From Acidobacteriota bacterium (GTDB taxonomy: Bacteria > Acidobacteriota > Blastocatellia > RBC074): a DNA stretch of 64,000 nt. Each line of letters starts with the position of its first letter. The first letter of the stretch is position 1. Of this stretch, positions 15,001-21,064 are shown piece by piece. A program made the position numbers and the translations under genes. Where the stretch lies: assembly GCA_031423495.1 (NCBI GenBank), contig JANPFP010000066.1, forward strand, positions 26,380 to 90,379, in the 5' to 3' direction. The notes under the pieces were generated by a model that was not told the DNA's origin, did not search any database, and was given only the letters and a program-made list of their open reading frames with translations.

Positions 15001-18000
15001 TCGCGCCCGTGCCGCCGCTTTGCGTGATGGTCGTCGTCGGATAAGCCGTGCCCACCGTGCCGTTCGGCAAGGTCGCGGGGCTTACCGTGATCGTTTGGCA
15101 ACCAATCGAAATCGAAAGATTCGTTGTGGCGAAACATCCGTTCGCATCTTGCACGCGCACCGTGAAGGTCGCGTTGCCGTTCGCCGTCGGTGTACCTGAA
15201 ATCACACCACCGGTTGAGAGTGATAAACCGGCAGGCAGGCTTCCGCTGCTGACCGTCCAGTTCAAAGTGCCGTTGCCGCCGGTGGCGGTGAGCGTTTGGT
15301 TATAAGCCACGCCAACGGTTCCATTGGGCAGGCTCGATTGATTGATCGTGATCGCCTGGCAATTGATGGCGATGCTCAACGTGATTGAGCCGCTGCAACC
15401 TGAACTGTCAACGACGCCGACGGTGAAATTGCCCGTCGTGAGACTGGTCGGCGTACCCGTGATGACGCCCGTACTCGACAAGGTCAAACCGGCAGGCAGG
15501 CTTCCGCTCGTGACGCTGAATACATATCCGCCCGCGCCGCCCGTCGCCGTCAGCGTTTGGTTATACGCTGTGCCAAGCGTCGCGTTAGGCAAGCTCGCCG
15601 GAGTAATCGTGATGTTGCCGCAGATGGTGCCACTGTATGCGCGTTCGCCCGTGCATCCGCTGGCGGTATGCGTAGCGCGAATCGTGAAGCTGTATGACCC
15701 AGCTGTCGTCGGCATACCCGTAAGCGCGCCCGTTGTCGCATTCAACGACAAGCCCGCAGGCAGCGCGCCCGCCGAAACTGAATAAGTGAATGCGCCCGTA
15801 AGGGAACTCGTGACTGAAATCGTCTGCGAGAACGCCGAGCCAACGGTCATCGCGGGCAATGTCGCCGGATTTACCGTGATGGCTGCGCAGTTGATCGCGA
15901 TGGCGAGCGTGGCCGTGCCGGAACAGCCGTTCGCGTCAGTCGCTCTAAACGTAATGTCGGGCGTAGGCACAGCAGTTGGCGCGGTCGGCGTACCGGTAAT
16001 CGCCCCCGTCGAAGCATTCAACGACAAGCCCGCAGGCAGCGTGCCGCTTTGGATGCTCCAGGTGATCGTGCCCGTGCCGCCGACTTGCGTGAGCGTTTGG
16101 TTATAAACCGCGCCCACCGTCCCGCTCGGCAAGGTCGCCGGGCCAACTGTTATGGTTTGGCAATTGATCGCAATGCTCAACGCTTGCGTCGTCGTGCAAC
16201 CAAAGTTGTCAGTCGCGCGCACGGTGAAATTCGCCGTGCCGCTCGTGGTCGGCGTACCGCTAATCACGCCGCCGGTTGAGAGCGTCAAGCCCGCAGGCAA
16301 TGAGCCCGTAGCTGTCCAGGTGTAAGGCGCAGTGCCGCCGGTCGCCGTCAGCGTTTGGTTGTAAGCGACACCAATCGTGCCCGCGGGAAGCGCGCCGGTT
16401 TGCGTGATGCTCACCGTCGGGCAGTTCATCGTGATGGTGAAGCTGCGCGTGCCGATACAGCCGTTCGCGTCGCTCGCCTGAATCGTGAAGCTCGACGAAC
16501 CCGCAGCCGTCGGCGTACCGCTCAACACTTGCGTCGCCGCGTTGAACGTCAAGCCTGCCGGCAAGGTGCCCGATGAAACGCTCCACGTAATCGCGCCCGT
16601 GCCGCCGCTTTGCGTGATGGTCGTCGTCGGATAAGCCGTGCCGACTGTGCCGTTCGACAACGTCGCCGGATTCACCGTGATGGACTGACAGCCAATCGAA
16701 ATTGAAAGACTCGTTGTCGCAAAACATCCGTTCGCATCTTGCACTCTGACCGTAAACGTCGCGCTGCCATTCGTCGTCGGCGTACCGCTGATGACGCCGC
16801 CTGAAGAAAGCGTCAAACCGGCGGGCAGGCTTCCGCTGCTGATCGTCCAGTTCAAAGTGCCGTTGCCGCCGGTGGCGGTGAGCGTTTGGTTATATGCCGT
16901 GCCGACGGTTCCGCCCGGCAAGCTCGATTGATTGATCGTGATGGTTTGGCAATTGATGGCGATGCTGAGGCTGCGACTGCCCCCACAACCCGAAGCGTCA
17001 ACCACATTCACCGTGAAAGTGCCGGTCGTGAGATTCGTTGGTGTGCCGCTAATCACACCGCCGCTCGAAAGTGTCAGACCCGTGGGCAGGCTTCCGCTGC
17101 CAACACTGAACGTATAAGGCCCGGTTCCGCCTGCGACCGAAAGCATTTGGTTATACGCTGAGCCAAGCGTCGCGTTGGGCAAAGTCGCAGGGTTGATCGT
17201 GAGTACGTCACAAACGGTGCCGCTATAAAGCTGTGAGCCGCTGCATCCGCTGGCGGTGTGCGTCGCGGTGATCGTGAACGCATAAGCCGCCGCCGTCATA
17301 GGCGTACCGTTCAACACGCCCGTCGTCGGATTCAAGTTCAGCCCCGCAGGCAGGCTTCCGCCCGTGACGGCATAAGTGACCGCGCCGGTGAGCGTCGTCG
17401 TAACCGAAATCGTTTGATTGAAAGGCGTGCCTACGGTCACTGCGGGCAATGTCGCGGGATTGACCGTAATCGTGGGGCAAGCCGGTGTGATGGTGAAGTT
17501 GCGTGTGCCGGTACACCCGCTCGCCGTATGCGTTGCCGTGATGGTGAACGTCGCGGCGCTGCTGCTGGTCGGAGTTCCGGTGATTGCGCCGGACGTGGTG
17601 TTGAGCGTTAATCCGGCAGGCAAGGCACCGGTCGTGACTGAGAACGTGAACGCGCCGGTGAGTCCGGTGGCGCTGACGGTTTGCGAATACGCCGTGCCGA
17701 CAGTGCCGTTGGGCAAGGTCGCCGGATTCACCGTAATCGTGGGGCATGAGGGTGTGATGGTGTAGGCCTGCAAGCCGATACAGCCGTTGGAATTCGTTGC
17801 TGTGATTGTGAAAGAAGCGGCAGAGCTGCTGGTTGGCGTGCCACTCAATAGGCCTGCGCTGGTGAGCGTTAAGCCTGGGGGCAGCGCACCGGCTGTGACC
17901 GCAAACGTATGGCCCGTGCCGCCTGTCGCTGTAATGTTTTGTGAATAGGCTGTGCCTACTGTCATAGCGGGCAAAGTCACCGGACTGACTGTGACCGTTG

Positions 18001-18265
18001 GGCAAAGGCGCGTGAGCGTCAGTGACAGTGCGCCCGTGCAACCGTTGGCATCGGTGGCGGTGACGGTGAAAGTGTTTGATCCGGTTGTAGTGGCCGTGCC
18101 GCTCAATACGCCAGCGCTGGTCAGTGTGAAACCAGCGGGCAATGTGCCCGCTGTGACAGCAAAGGTATAAGGCGTTGTGCCGCCTGTCGCCGCGAGCGTT
18201 TGGCTATAAGCTACGCCGAGGGTTGCGTCAGGCAAGCTCGCAGGCGTGAGTGAAATCGTCGTGCA
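1..18265 (-). repeat. Tandem array of about 68 coding repeats, period about 264–270 nt (one ~88-aa Ig-like domain each). It contains nested higher-order repeats (about 1.59 kb x3 around 12950–17750; about 0.8 kb x2 around 8200–9500).
   Basis: Recurring nucleotide motifs (ttataagc..., cgttcgcgtc..gtgaa, gtcggcgtaccgct) recur at about 265-nt spacing. Near-identical plus-strand shadow ORFs recur at 13761/15342/16932 and at 13184/14765/16355. Confidence 0.85.
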
Positions 18266-21064
18266 AACGCCAAAGCCTGCATCGTAATGATGTTGGTTCT
18301 GGCCTTCGGTGACGGTGGTCAAATCCACCGCGATGAAAGGATAGTTCCCTGCGCCAATCGGCCCCGCCGCAGGTTTTTGCAAATCAGAATCGCGCGTGTC
18401 TTGTGTATTGCCGCTCACGTCGCGTGACGTGACGATCTTGCCTGCCAGCGGATTGCCGGTGGTGTAATTCGCCGCGTTGTCAAAACGCAGTTGATAACTC
18501 GCACCTAGCGTCAAGCCCGCGATGCCGTAACGACGCGAACCTGTGCTGGCGCGTCCGCCCTGGTTGTTTTCCGTGTAACCGCCATTCGAGGCCGTATTAT
18601 TCGGCGCGTTGTTGCCCGCAGTGGGATAGCCGCGCATGTCATTCGAAAAAGCATAAGAACCGGCGCTGTCTGTTACAGCGGTTGCCACCAAGGTAGCTCC
18701 GCTATAAAGCCGCACTGTCACGCCTGACAGTGCCATTTCGCTGGGGTCTTGAATGCCGTCGTTGTCGGCGTCCATCCACACGCGGTTGCCGATTTCGACG
18801 GGCGGCAGATCAATCATCGGTTCAACGTCACCGAGGCCGCTGGCCTTGCCGAAGTTTTCCGCCGTGTTGAGATAGAGGCGATAGGCTTTGTTAAACGAGC
18901 CGGTCGTCAAGCCCAACCAGCGAAATCCGCCGGTAAAGGCTTCATCCACCAACGGACGCGGAATCGGGTCAAAGGTAGACGCTACGACCTGAGGGTAGCC
19001 CAGAAGCTGCGTCAAGCTGCCAAGCATGACTTCATCGTGAAATTGACCGGCATTCGGATTCGTCGAGTAATCGTCGTTATGGAAAAATTCACCCTTGCCG
19101 GTGTTGGTATTGGAAGCGCCCGTGCCCGGCCCTTGCCCCGTGTCTTGCGGCGCGCTGCCCAGGCCGCCGCAACGGCCATTGCTTTCGAGCGTCCAACCTG
19201 TTGACGGACTGCCACAAGCCTTGAGCAAATCACCTGCCGGACGAATGCTATAGGTCGTGTTATTCGCCGGATTATCCAGTGAGGCTTCCCCGCCCTGATC
19301 GCCCAGGCGGTCACGTATCGCCAAATACAAATTGCCGCCGTTGTCGAACTCGAGGTCGGTCAACATCGGCGCGGGATTGGCATAAGTCGTTGCCATGTTC
19401 GTGGGAAAGGCCGACGACCACGGCAGCCATTGCGCGCGATAACCACCGTTGCTCGGTTCGGGAATGCCGCGCAGGTAATTTAGCGGAGCTTGAAAGATCG
19501 GCGAGGCACCGAAAGCCAGCGTCGTCGGATTCACCGTAAACACATAAGCCCGCAAATAACGCGCATCACCCAGGTTATAAATGCCGTTGCCATCACCGTC
19601 GGTGAACGGTTCACTCGTGTTGTAACGTCCGTTGTTGTTCGAGTCCGTCCAGCCGCTATCCACTGTCGTCGTAGATTGCGCGCTGCATACCATGCCGACA
19701 TACAACTGGCCTTGATGGAACTTCACCGCAAAAGGCCGCACGTCAGCAGCGGCGCAAGTGTTGGCTCCCGGTCCCGCAGGCAGTCCCGTTGTCGGTACAA
19801 CCTGACTCGTCAGCACTGCGCCGGTCGAACGATTCAACGCATAGAGCGTGCGGTTTTGCAGGTTCATCACATACAACCGCGTTTCGTCTTCCGAGACGTC
19901 AATGCCGCCTAAGCCGTATTTGCCTGTCGCGTCCCAACCGGTGTTGCCGTTGTCGCGTCCGTAATCATCAGTTTTGTGCGGATTGGTTGTCGCATTTGGT
20001 ACGGTGAATGTGCCGACTTTGGCATTGGTGTCGGGGTTGATAATGTAAATTGCTCCCGGATCATCGCTGCTGTTACCCGCCTGATACGTTCCGCCCCCAT
20101 TGACCGTGCTGTTAAGCGTATTGTCAGCGCCGGGGCCGAAGCCCGCATACTTTTTGAAATAACTCGCCGCATACAATCGCCGCGCCCGCCGTGCATAAGC
20201 CAAGCCCCAAGCCGTGCCCGCCTGTGGCGCAGGAATCATCACGCTATGCGTCGTCGGCACCCCGTATGGTGCCGAAGTTGTGTCAGTTGACGCGCCCGCC
20301 GAATAAGGGAAGCTCACGATTACGCCCTGATTCGTATTGGCCGCGCTGTCCTGTGCGCCTGTCACAAAGCAGGTCGTCGCCAGCAAAGGATTATTCGGGC
20401 TGTAATGCTGTGGCACGTTGATGGCGAAATTCATGTTGGCGACGTTGCCAGCCGTCGTGTCTACGAACCGCACGTTGCTCTGCGAATCCGCGCCTTGCGC
20501 GCTCGACTCAAAGCCCGCCGGTAAATTGACGAATTCGACGCGCACCAGATTCGTGCCGACCGGAACCGTAACCTGATAGAACCCCGGATTGCTGCCCGTG
20601 CAAACGCCGCCCACCGTCGTGCCGCAAGTCGTGGTCGTGGCGATGACCGTATTGGCGTCGTTATAAACATTGACCGTCACGCCACTGATGCCGCGATCTA
20701 CGGCCACCGGAACCGTTGTCGCCGTATTGCCGTCGTTCGGCAACGTACCGGTCGTGTCGAATGCACCGTTGCCGTTGTAATCCTGAAACACCGTACCGGT
20801 GACATTGCCCGCCGCTGCCGCTGAAGAAAAACCGAGCTTCGCGCCCACATAACTCGCGCTGTTGGCCAATGAATGGCGCAACTTCACGCCCAACGCCGCT
20901 TCCAGGCGCGCCGCCTGTGAGTTACCGCCGCCGCGCGCCATCAACGCTAATAGTGCCAGCGTAACTAAGCCAGTAACTAAACCGATGCGAATAATTTCCC
21001 GATTGAGCTTCTTTTTATTCGCTTTATTATTCGCCGGGGTCGTCGTGTCGTGTGTGTTTTTCAT
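1..21064 (-). CDS. Giant secreted or surface repeat protein (adhesin-like), over 7,000 aa within the window and truncated at the window edge (C-terminal part lies beyond position 1). It has an N-terminal signal peptide or TM segment, two SdrD-B/Cna-B-like domains flanking a beta-propeller-like region, then about 68 tandem Ig-like (He_PIG/HYR-type) domains.
   Basis: Hand translation of the reverse complement gives a continuous frame. Near 21064 it reads MKNTHDTTTPANNKANKKKLNREIIRIGLVTGLVTLALLALMA...GTVFQDYNGNGAFD...NRVWMDADNDGIQDPSEMALSGVTVRLY (SdrD-B-like). From about 18265 downward it gives repeats such as LCNTNLAITPATLPNGQVGTAYSQALSVTATGGTGPYTFAVTTGTLPAGLTLTGATIAGTPTSTASRTFTITATDANNCTGTREFTVTP. 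There is no stop in this frame at any point I checked. It is missing from the ORF track because it has no stop codon inside the window. Confidence 0.85.
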   Translation of the reverse strand, partial: MKNTHDTTTPANNKANKKKLNREIIRIGLVTGLVTLALLALMARGGGNSQAARLEAALGVKLRHSLANSASYVGAKLGFSSAAAAGNVTGTVFQDYNGNGAFDTTGTLPNDGNTATTVPVAVDRGISGVTVNVYNDANTVIATTTTCGTTVGGVCTGSNPGFYQVTVPVGTNLVRVEFVNLPAGFESSAQGADSQSNVRFVDTTAGNVANMNFAINVPQHYSPNNPLLATTCFVTGAQDSAANTNQGVIVSFPYSAGASTDTTSAPYGVPTTHSVMIPAPQAGTAWGLAYARRARRLYAASYFKKYAGFGPGADNTLNSTVNGGGTYQAGNSSDDPGAIYIINPDTNAKVGTFTVPNATTNPHKTDDYGRDNGNTGWDATGKYGLGGIDVSEDETRLYVMNLQNRTLYALNRSTGAVLTSQVVPTTGLPAGPGANTCAAADVRPFAVKFHQGQLYVGMVCSAQSTTTVDSGWTDSNNNGRYNTSEPFTDGDGNGIYNLGDARYLRAYVFTVNPTTLAFGASPIFQAPLNYLRGIPEPSNGGYRAQWLPWSSAFPTNMATTYANPAPMLTDLEFDNGGNLYLAIRDRLGDQGGEASLDNPANNTTYSIRPAGDLLKACGSPSTGWTLESNGRCGGLGSAPQDTGQGPGTGASNTNTGKGEFFHNDDYSTNPNAGQFHDEVMLGSLTQLLGYPQVVASTFDPIPRPLVDEAFTGGFRWLGLTTGSFNKAYRLYLNTAENFGKASGLGDVEPMIDLPPVEIGNRVWMDADNDGIQDPSEMALSGVTVRLYSGATLVATAVTDSAGSYAFSNDMRGYPTAGNNAPNNTASNGGYTENNQGGRASTGSRRYGIAGLTLGASYQLRFDNAANYTTGNPLAGKIVTSRDVSGNTQDTRDSDLQKPAAGPIGAGNYPFIAVDLTTVTEGQNQHHYDAGFGVCTTISLTPASLPDATLGVAYSQTLAATGGTTPYTFAVTAGTLPAGFTLTSAGVLSGTATTTGSNTFTVTATDANGCTGALSLTLTRLCPTVTVSPVTLPAMTVGTAYSQNITATGGTGHTFAVTAGALPPGLTLTSAGLLSGTPTSSSAASFTITATNSNGCIGLQAYTITPSCPTITVNPATLPNGTVGTAYSQTVSATGLTGAFTFSVTTGALPAGLTLNTTSGAITGTPTSSSAATFTITATHTASGCTGTRNFTITPACPTITVNPATLPAVTVGTPFNQTISVTTTLTGAVTYAVTGGSLPAGLNLNPTTGVLNGTPMTAAAYAFTITATHTASGCSGSQLYSGTVCDVLTINPATLPNATLGSAYNQMLSVAGGTGPYTFSVGSGSLPTGLTLSSGGVISGTPTNLTTGTFTVNVVDASGCGGSRSLSIAINCQTITINQSSLPGGTVGTAYNQTLTATGGNGTLNWTISSGSLPAGLTLSSGGVISGTPTTNGSATFTVRVQDANGCFATTSLSISIGCQSITVNPATLSNGTVGTAYPTTTITQSGGTGAITWSVSSGTLPAGLTFNAATQVLSGTPTAAGSSSFTIQASDANGCIGTRSFTITMNCPTVSITQTGALPAGTIGVAYNQTLTATGGTAPYTWTATGSLPAGLTLSTGGVISGTPTTSGTANFTVRATDNFGCTTTQALSIAINCQTITVGPATLPSGTVGAVYNQTLTQVGGTGTITWSIQSGTLPAGLSLNASTGAITGTPTAPTAVPTPDITFRATDANGCSGTATLAIAINCAAITVNPATLPAMTVGSAFSQTISVTSSLTGAFTYSVSAGALPAGLSLNATTGALTGMPTTAGSYSFTIRATHTASGCTGERAYSGTICGNITITPASLPNATLGTAYNQTLTATGGAGGYVFSVTSGSLPAGLTLSSTGVITGTPTSLTTGNFTVGVVDSSGCSGSITLSIAINCQAITINQSSLPNGTVGVAYNQTLTATGGNGTLNWTVSSGSLPAGLSLSTGGVISGTPTANGNATFTVRVQDANGCFATTNLSISIGCQTITVSPATLPNGTVGTAYPTTTITQSGGTGAITWSVSSGTLPAGLTFNPATQVLSGTPTAAGSASFTIQAQDANGCIGTRSFTITMTCPTISVTQTGALPGGTIGVAYNQTLTATGGTAPRTFAVTSGSLPAGLTLAANGAITGTPTTAGTSNFTVGVTDANGCTGSQVLSITIGCPTITVNPATLPNGTVGTAYNQTITATGGATPHTFAVTTGSLPAGLTLASNGAITGTPTSSTTQTFTITATDANGCTGTRNFTATPACPTLTVNPATLPGMTTGLAFSQLLSTTTTLSGPVTYSVSAGALPVGLTLNASTGLLSGTPTTPGAYSFTITATHTASGCTGARPYSGTVCDVITINPATLPNATMGAAYNQTLTAVGGTGPYTFSVLSGSLPAGLTLSSGGAITGTPTALATGNFTVGVIDVSGCAGSRALSIAVNCQTITINQSSLPNGVIGTAYNQTLTATGGTGALNWTLDSGSLPVGLTLSTAGVISGIPTANGSASFVVRVADVNGCFATVNLSISTGCPTITVNPATLPDGTVGTAYPTTTFTQSGGAGAITWSVSAGALPTGMTFNPATQVLSGTPTAAGSSSFTIQASDANGCLGTRSFTISMNCPTVSITQTGALPGGTIGVAYNQTLLATGGTSPYSWTVTGALPAGLSLSTGGVISGTPTAAGTANFTVRAADANGCFTTTPLSITIACPTITVTPATLPGATVGQSYSQQMSQTGGIGTITWSISVGTLPTGLTLNPSTGLLSGTPTTAGSTNVTIRATDQNGCSGQVPLTITRTCPAITFTTTSLPNAVVGTPYNATVSATGGTSPYTYAVTTGSLPAGLTMTTGGVISGTPTSTASTPFNITATDANGCTGTQEFNLSSNCPTITIDQTTLPNGTVGVFYSAALSATGGNGSLTWTVTGTLPAGLTLTGNTISGTPTSTVSRTFTVTATDANGCAGSRSFTVQPVCNNLNVTSTTPPTGTVGAIYSHTLSVTGFNGTVTWSVSAGTLPAGLTLNPTTGAISGTPTAPTATPAPTVTIRATDANGCFGSVTIAIIVNCQSITVNPASLPTMTTGVSFSQTFTQSGASGAVTWTTTGTLPAGLTFNAATAILSGTPTSAAAYNFTVTATDANGCAGSRNYTGSPTCTTITLSPASPVPGLPNATVGTPYNTTISATGGSTPYTYSVTTGQLPAGLTLAASGVNAGQITGTPTSTISRTFTITATDANGCTGFLSFTLQPACNTLTVTPATLPAGTVGVLYPNQTLSVSGNNGAVTWNAPSNLPAGMTFANGVLGGTPTAPTTGTSVTFTATDANGCQGSVTISIRVNCATITVNPATLPTMTVGSTFSQVFSATNTTGTLTWSFTGTLPGGLTFNTATATLSGTPTSSAPFNFTVSVTDANGCQGSRAYSGNAGCTTITVNPATLPNGTVGTAYAATMTATGGSTPYTFAVTNGSLPAGLSLAPNGVNAGAITGTPTTAGAFTFTITATDAADCTGSRTFTVRTCDVISVTPTSLPNATINQAYSQTLGATGGTGPYSFTLTGSLPAGLSLLNGVISGTPTALGTSNFSITVNDSTSCPGARSLTITVVCNTLNITTASLPNPVAGVAYNQTLAATGGTNPLTWTIEAGGALPVGLTLSTSGAITGTTTATTAANFTVRVTDANGCFGTRSFTLTPGCSTITMLPTSLPTGTVNAAYTTTTFSATGGVSPYTFAIVSGTLPTGMSFTNGVLSGTPTTPINGTIRFMATDNAGCTATVDLTLVVNCPTITVNPTTLPNGTIGAAYSQLLSATGGVGTYTFTITGTLPAGLSLTGGNTISGTPTAAGSANIAVRATDANGCFATRDLTITIGCPVISMNSTLPNGQVGTPYNQTLTGSGGTGPYTFGITTGTLPAGLMLTGNLIDGTPTSTATANFTIQVTDARGCTATQTFSVTPICNTNLVLNPTTLPAITRGVAYSATLSTTGTTGAVTYAVTVGALPTGLTLSGATISGTTNVSTATTFTVTATDANGCTAVRQYTLTPNCPAITVNPATLPNGQVGTAYPSTTISATGGTGPYTFAVTTGTLPAGLTLTGATIAGTPTSTASRTFTITATDANNCTGTREFTVTPLCNTNLAITPATLPNGQVGTAYSQALSVTNATGAVTFALTTGSLPNGLTLTGNTIGGTPTSTTARAFTITATDANGCTATANFTVTPICNTNLSLNPATLPAITRGVAYTATLTTANAMGAVSYAITAGSLPNGLTLSGATISGTTNVATASTFTITATDANGCTASRQYTLTPGCATITVASTTLTNGQVGVPYSATITATGGTAPYGFNVSVGQLPAGLTLDGPTGVISGTPTSTLLRTFTISVTDANGCPGSQSFTIAPACNALTINQSSLPNATVGAAYNQTLTVSGATGAITWTMTGTLPNGLTFANGVISGTPTAPTASPASLTFRATDANNCFATVVLTINVVCNTLNITTSSLPNPVAGVAYNQSLAATGGVNPLTWTLASGSLPTGLTLSTAGVVSGTTSDVTAHTFTIKVTDANGCMGTRNFTLTVGCSTMTFATPTSLPQGTVGAVYPSTTFTVTGGATPYTFSIMTGTLPTGMTFINGVLAGTPTAPASGTITFKVTDNGGCMATIDLALVINCQTITLDQTAVGPFVVGTPYSQQLTATGGRGALTWSLVTPGTLPAGLTLTSGGLLAGTPTSSAGATFTIRVTDVNGCRGERTYTVTPNCPTITVSGTLPNGQVGTAYSQTVSATGGVSPYTFSLVGSLPAGLTLTGNTIGGVPTSTAATTFSIRAQDANGCFGALQFTITPVCNTLTITTNLPNGQVGAAYSQQLAVTGATGTVTWSVTGTLPAGLSLTSGGLLSGTPTSTISRTFTIRAVDANNCPATSEFTITPICNAFTITPANLPAISVGMPYSVTFGTTGATGAVTFSVTAGTLPAGLTLTGNVLAGTPTSNASVSFTITATDANNCPATATYSLAPGCTALTVNPASLPGGIVGAAYSATLSTTGATGAVTFSVTNGALPAGILLNATTGALTGVPTTASNTTFTIMATDAAGCTGSRSFTVRTCGVLTITPTTLPDAVLGALYNQPLSVTGATGAVTWALANGTLPNGMTFTNAGLLSGTPTALASSNLVFTATDSLGCMASVTLSLNVVCNTLVVVQTSLPAGTIGANYSQQLTATGGVNPLAWMVSAGALPGGLTLTTGGLLSGTPTTNGNFNFTINVTDGNGCQGSIALSISVGCPTITVNPATLPAATVGTAYNQTITATGGSGTYTFAVIGTGALPTGLSLTGAVISGTPTTAGTYNFTIEATDATNAGGCKGTRSFTVVATCPTITVTPASLPQATVGSAYSQQLSATGANGTLTWALTNGTLPNGMTFVTSGPNAGLLSGTPTAPGSPALTFRVTDANGCTGSVTLTLNVVCNTITISPATFPTTPAMTVGTAYSTTLTQSGLTGTVSWSVSAGNLPVGISLNPTTGAVSGTPTSFTSATFTIRATGPNGCFGERQYTVTPVCPTITVNPATLPNGTIGAAYSQTLSATGGVAPYSFAVSAGSLPAGLTLSNSAGGGVIGGTPTSLTNPAFTIRATDANGCTATREFTVTIVCQTITINPLVLPSGTIGAAYSQQLSTTNATGNVVWSVVTTPPNNPLPSSLTLSSTGLLSGTLPTTAFTFTVKATDANGCMATLEYTITPGCATLTLSPTSLPSAQIGVDYNQTITVTGGATNPLVWMIASGALPMGMSLNASTGVLSGRPTAAATASFTVKVTDANGCMATREYSLMPGCNTLTVGPASLPNAQVGTSYSQQLTVSGNNGAVTYSVSTGTLPAGLTLTAAGLVSGTPTSTTAAAFTIKVTDANGCMGTRDFTITPLCNTNLAISPATLTNAQVGTAYNQQLTVSNATGAVTWSLVAPSQLSAGLSLSAAGLISGTPLNTTSRTFTVRIVDANGCSATLPFTLTPACNVLLVNQTTLPIPQVGAAYNQQLTVTGATGLVAWSLASGALPTGLSLNASGVISGVPTSTANATFVVRVVDANNCPATQSFTFIPGCNTLTVSPASLPAAAINVPYNQTLSVTGATGVVAWTISAGGLPNGLSLSSTGVISGTPTSVSTATFTARVSDANGCFATREFSLMPGCNLLSITTSALANGQVGSAYSQQLTVSGNNGAVTYSISAGTLPAGLTMTASGSISGTPTSTAARTFTIKVTDANGCMGTRDFTIAPLCNTLTMNPASLPNGQVGASYSQQLTVTGATGALAFSLTGGALPNGLTLSATGLISGTPTSTVDRSFTIRAVDANGCGVTASFTMTPVCNVLTLNPAVLPSATVGTAYNQSLAVNGATGAVTFSVSAGALPAGLTLSPAGVLSGTPTSTIARTFTIRATDANNCPATASFTITPLCNTLTVTPASLPAAAVNVAYNQSLTVTGATGAVTWTIASGALPTGLTLSTAGLISGTPQSVTAATFTVKVTDANGCMATREFSLMPGCNALAFTTSALPNGQVGVAYNATLAVTGANGNVTFSISTGALPNGLTMTAAGVISGTPTSTAARTVTIKATDANGCMGTRDFTITPVCNVVTFTTSTLPAGQVGAAYNATLAVSGATGAVTFSIANGVLPNGLTLSAGGVISGTPTSTTARSFTISVVDANGCGTTRDFTITPVCNVLTINPTTLPNGQVGTAYSQTLTVSGATGNVTFSVSVGTLPAGLTLSASGVLSGTPTSTTARTFTIRAVDANNCPATREFTITPICNTNLTIAPTTLPVASINVAYNQTLSLNNATGAVNWTITTGSLPTGLSLGATTGVISGTPTATATASFTVKGTDVNGCMATREYSLMPQCNTFTVNPIALPTATVGTAYNVTFTASGANGTVTWAVSAGTLPTGLTLSTAGVLSGTPTSTATTTFTSFTIRGTDANGCMGTREFTLTPVCNILTINPTTLPSGQVGAAYNATLTSPNALAPLTWTVADGTLPAGITLNATTGVLSGTPTSTVDRSFTIRLTDANGCTTTRPFTVRPMCNVLTVNPATLPSGFVGVAYNQTLTVEGATGTV

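Noticed and set aside
13715-15199. 494-aa plus-strand ORF and similar Arg-rich ORFs (6887..7669, 1097..1561, 3710..4159)
   Set aside because: Low-complexity R/A/G-rich translations typical of the wrong frame in GC-rich DNA; they lie inside the giant gene.
6336-18041. Minus-strand His/Arg/Asp-rich ORFs (6336..6950, 8202..8786, 17223..18041)
   Set aside because: Wrong frame of the giant gene. The composition is not protein-like.
35-18170. About 70 plus-strand ORFs of 60–160 aa tiling the first 18 kb (e.g. 96..578, 615..1106, 1926..2411)
   Set aside because: These are shadow ORFs on the strand opposite the giant minus-strand gene. They are interrupted every ~267 nt by taa/tag codons from ttataagc and gcgaatag. 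The minus-strand frame gives a continuous He_PIG/HYR-like protein.
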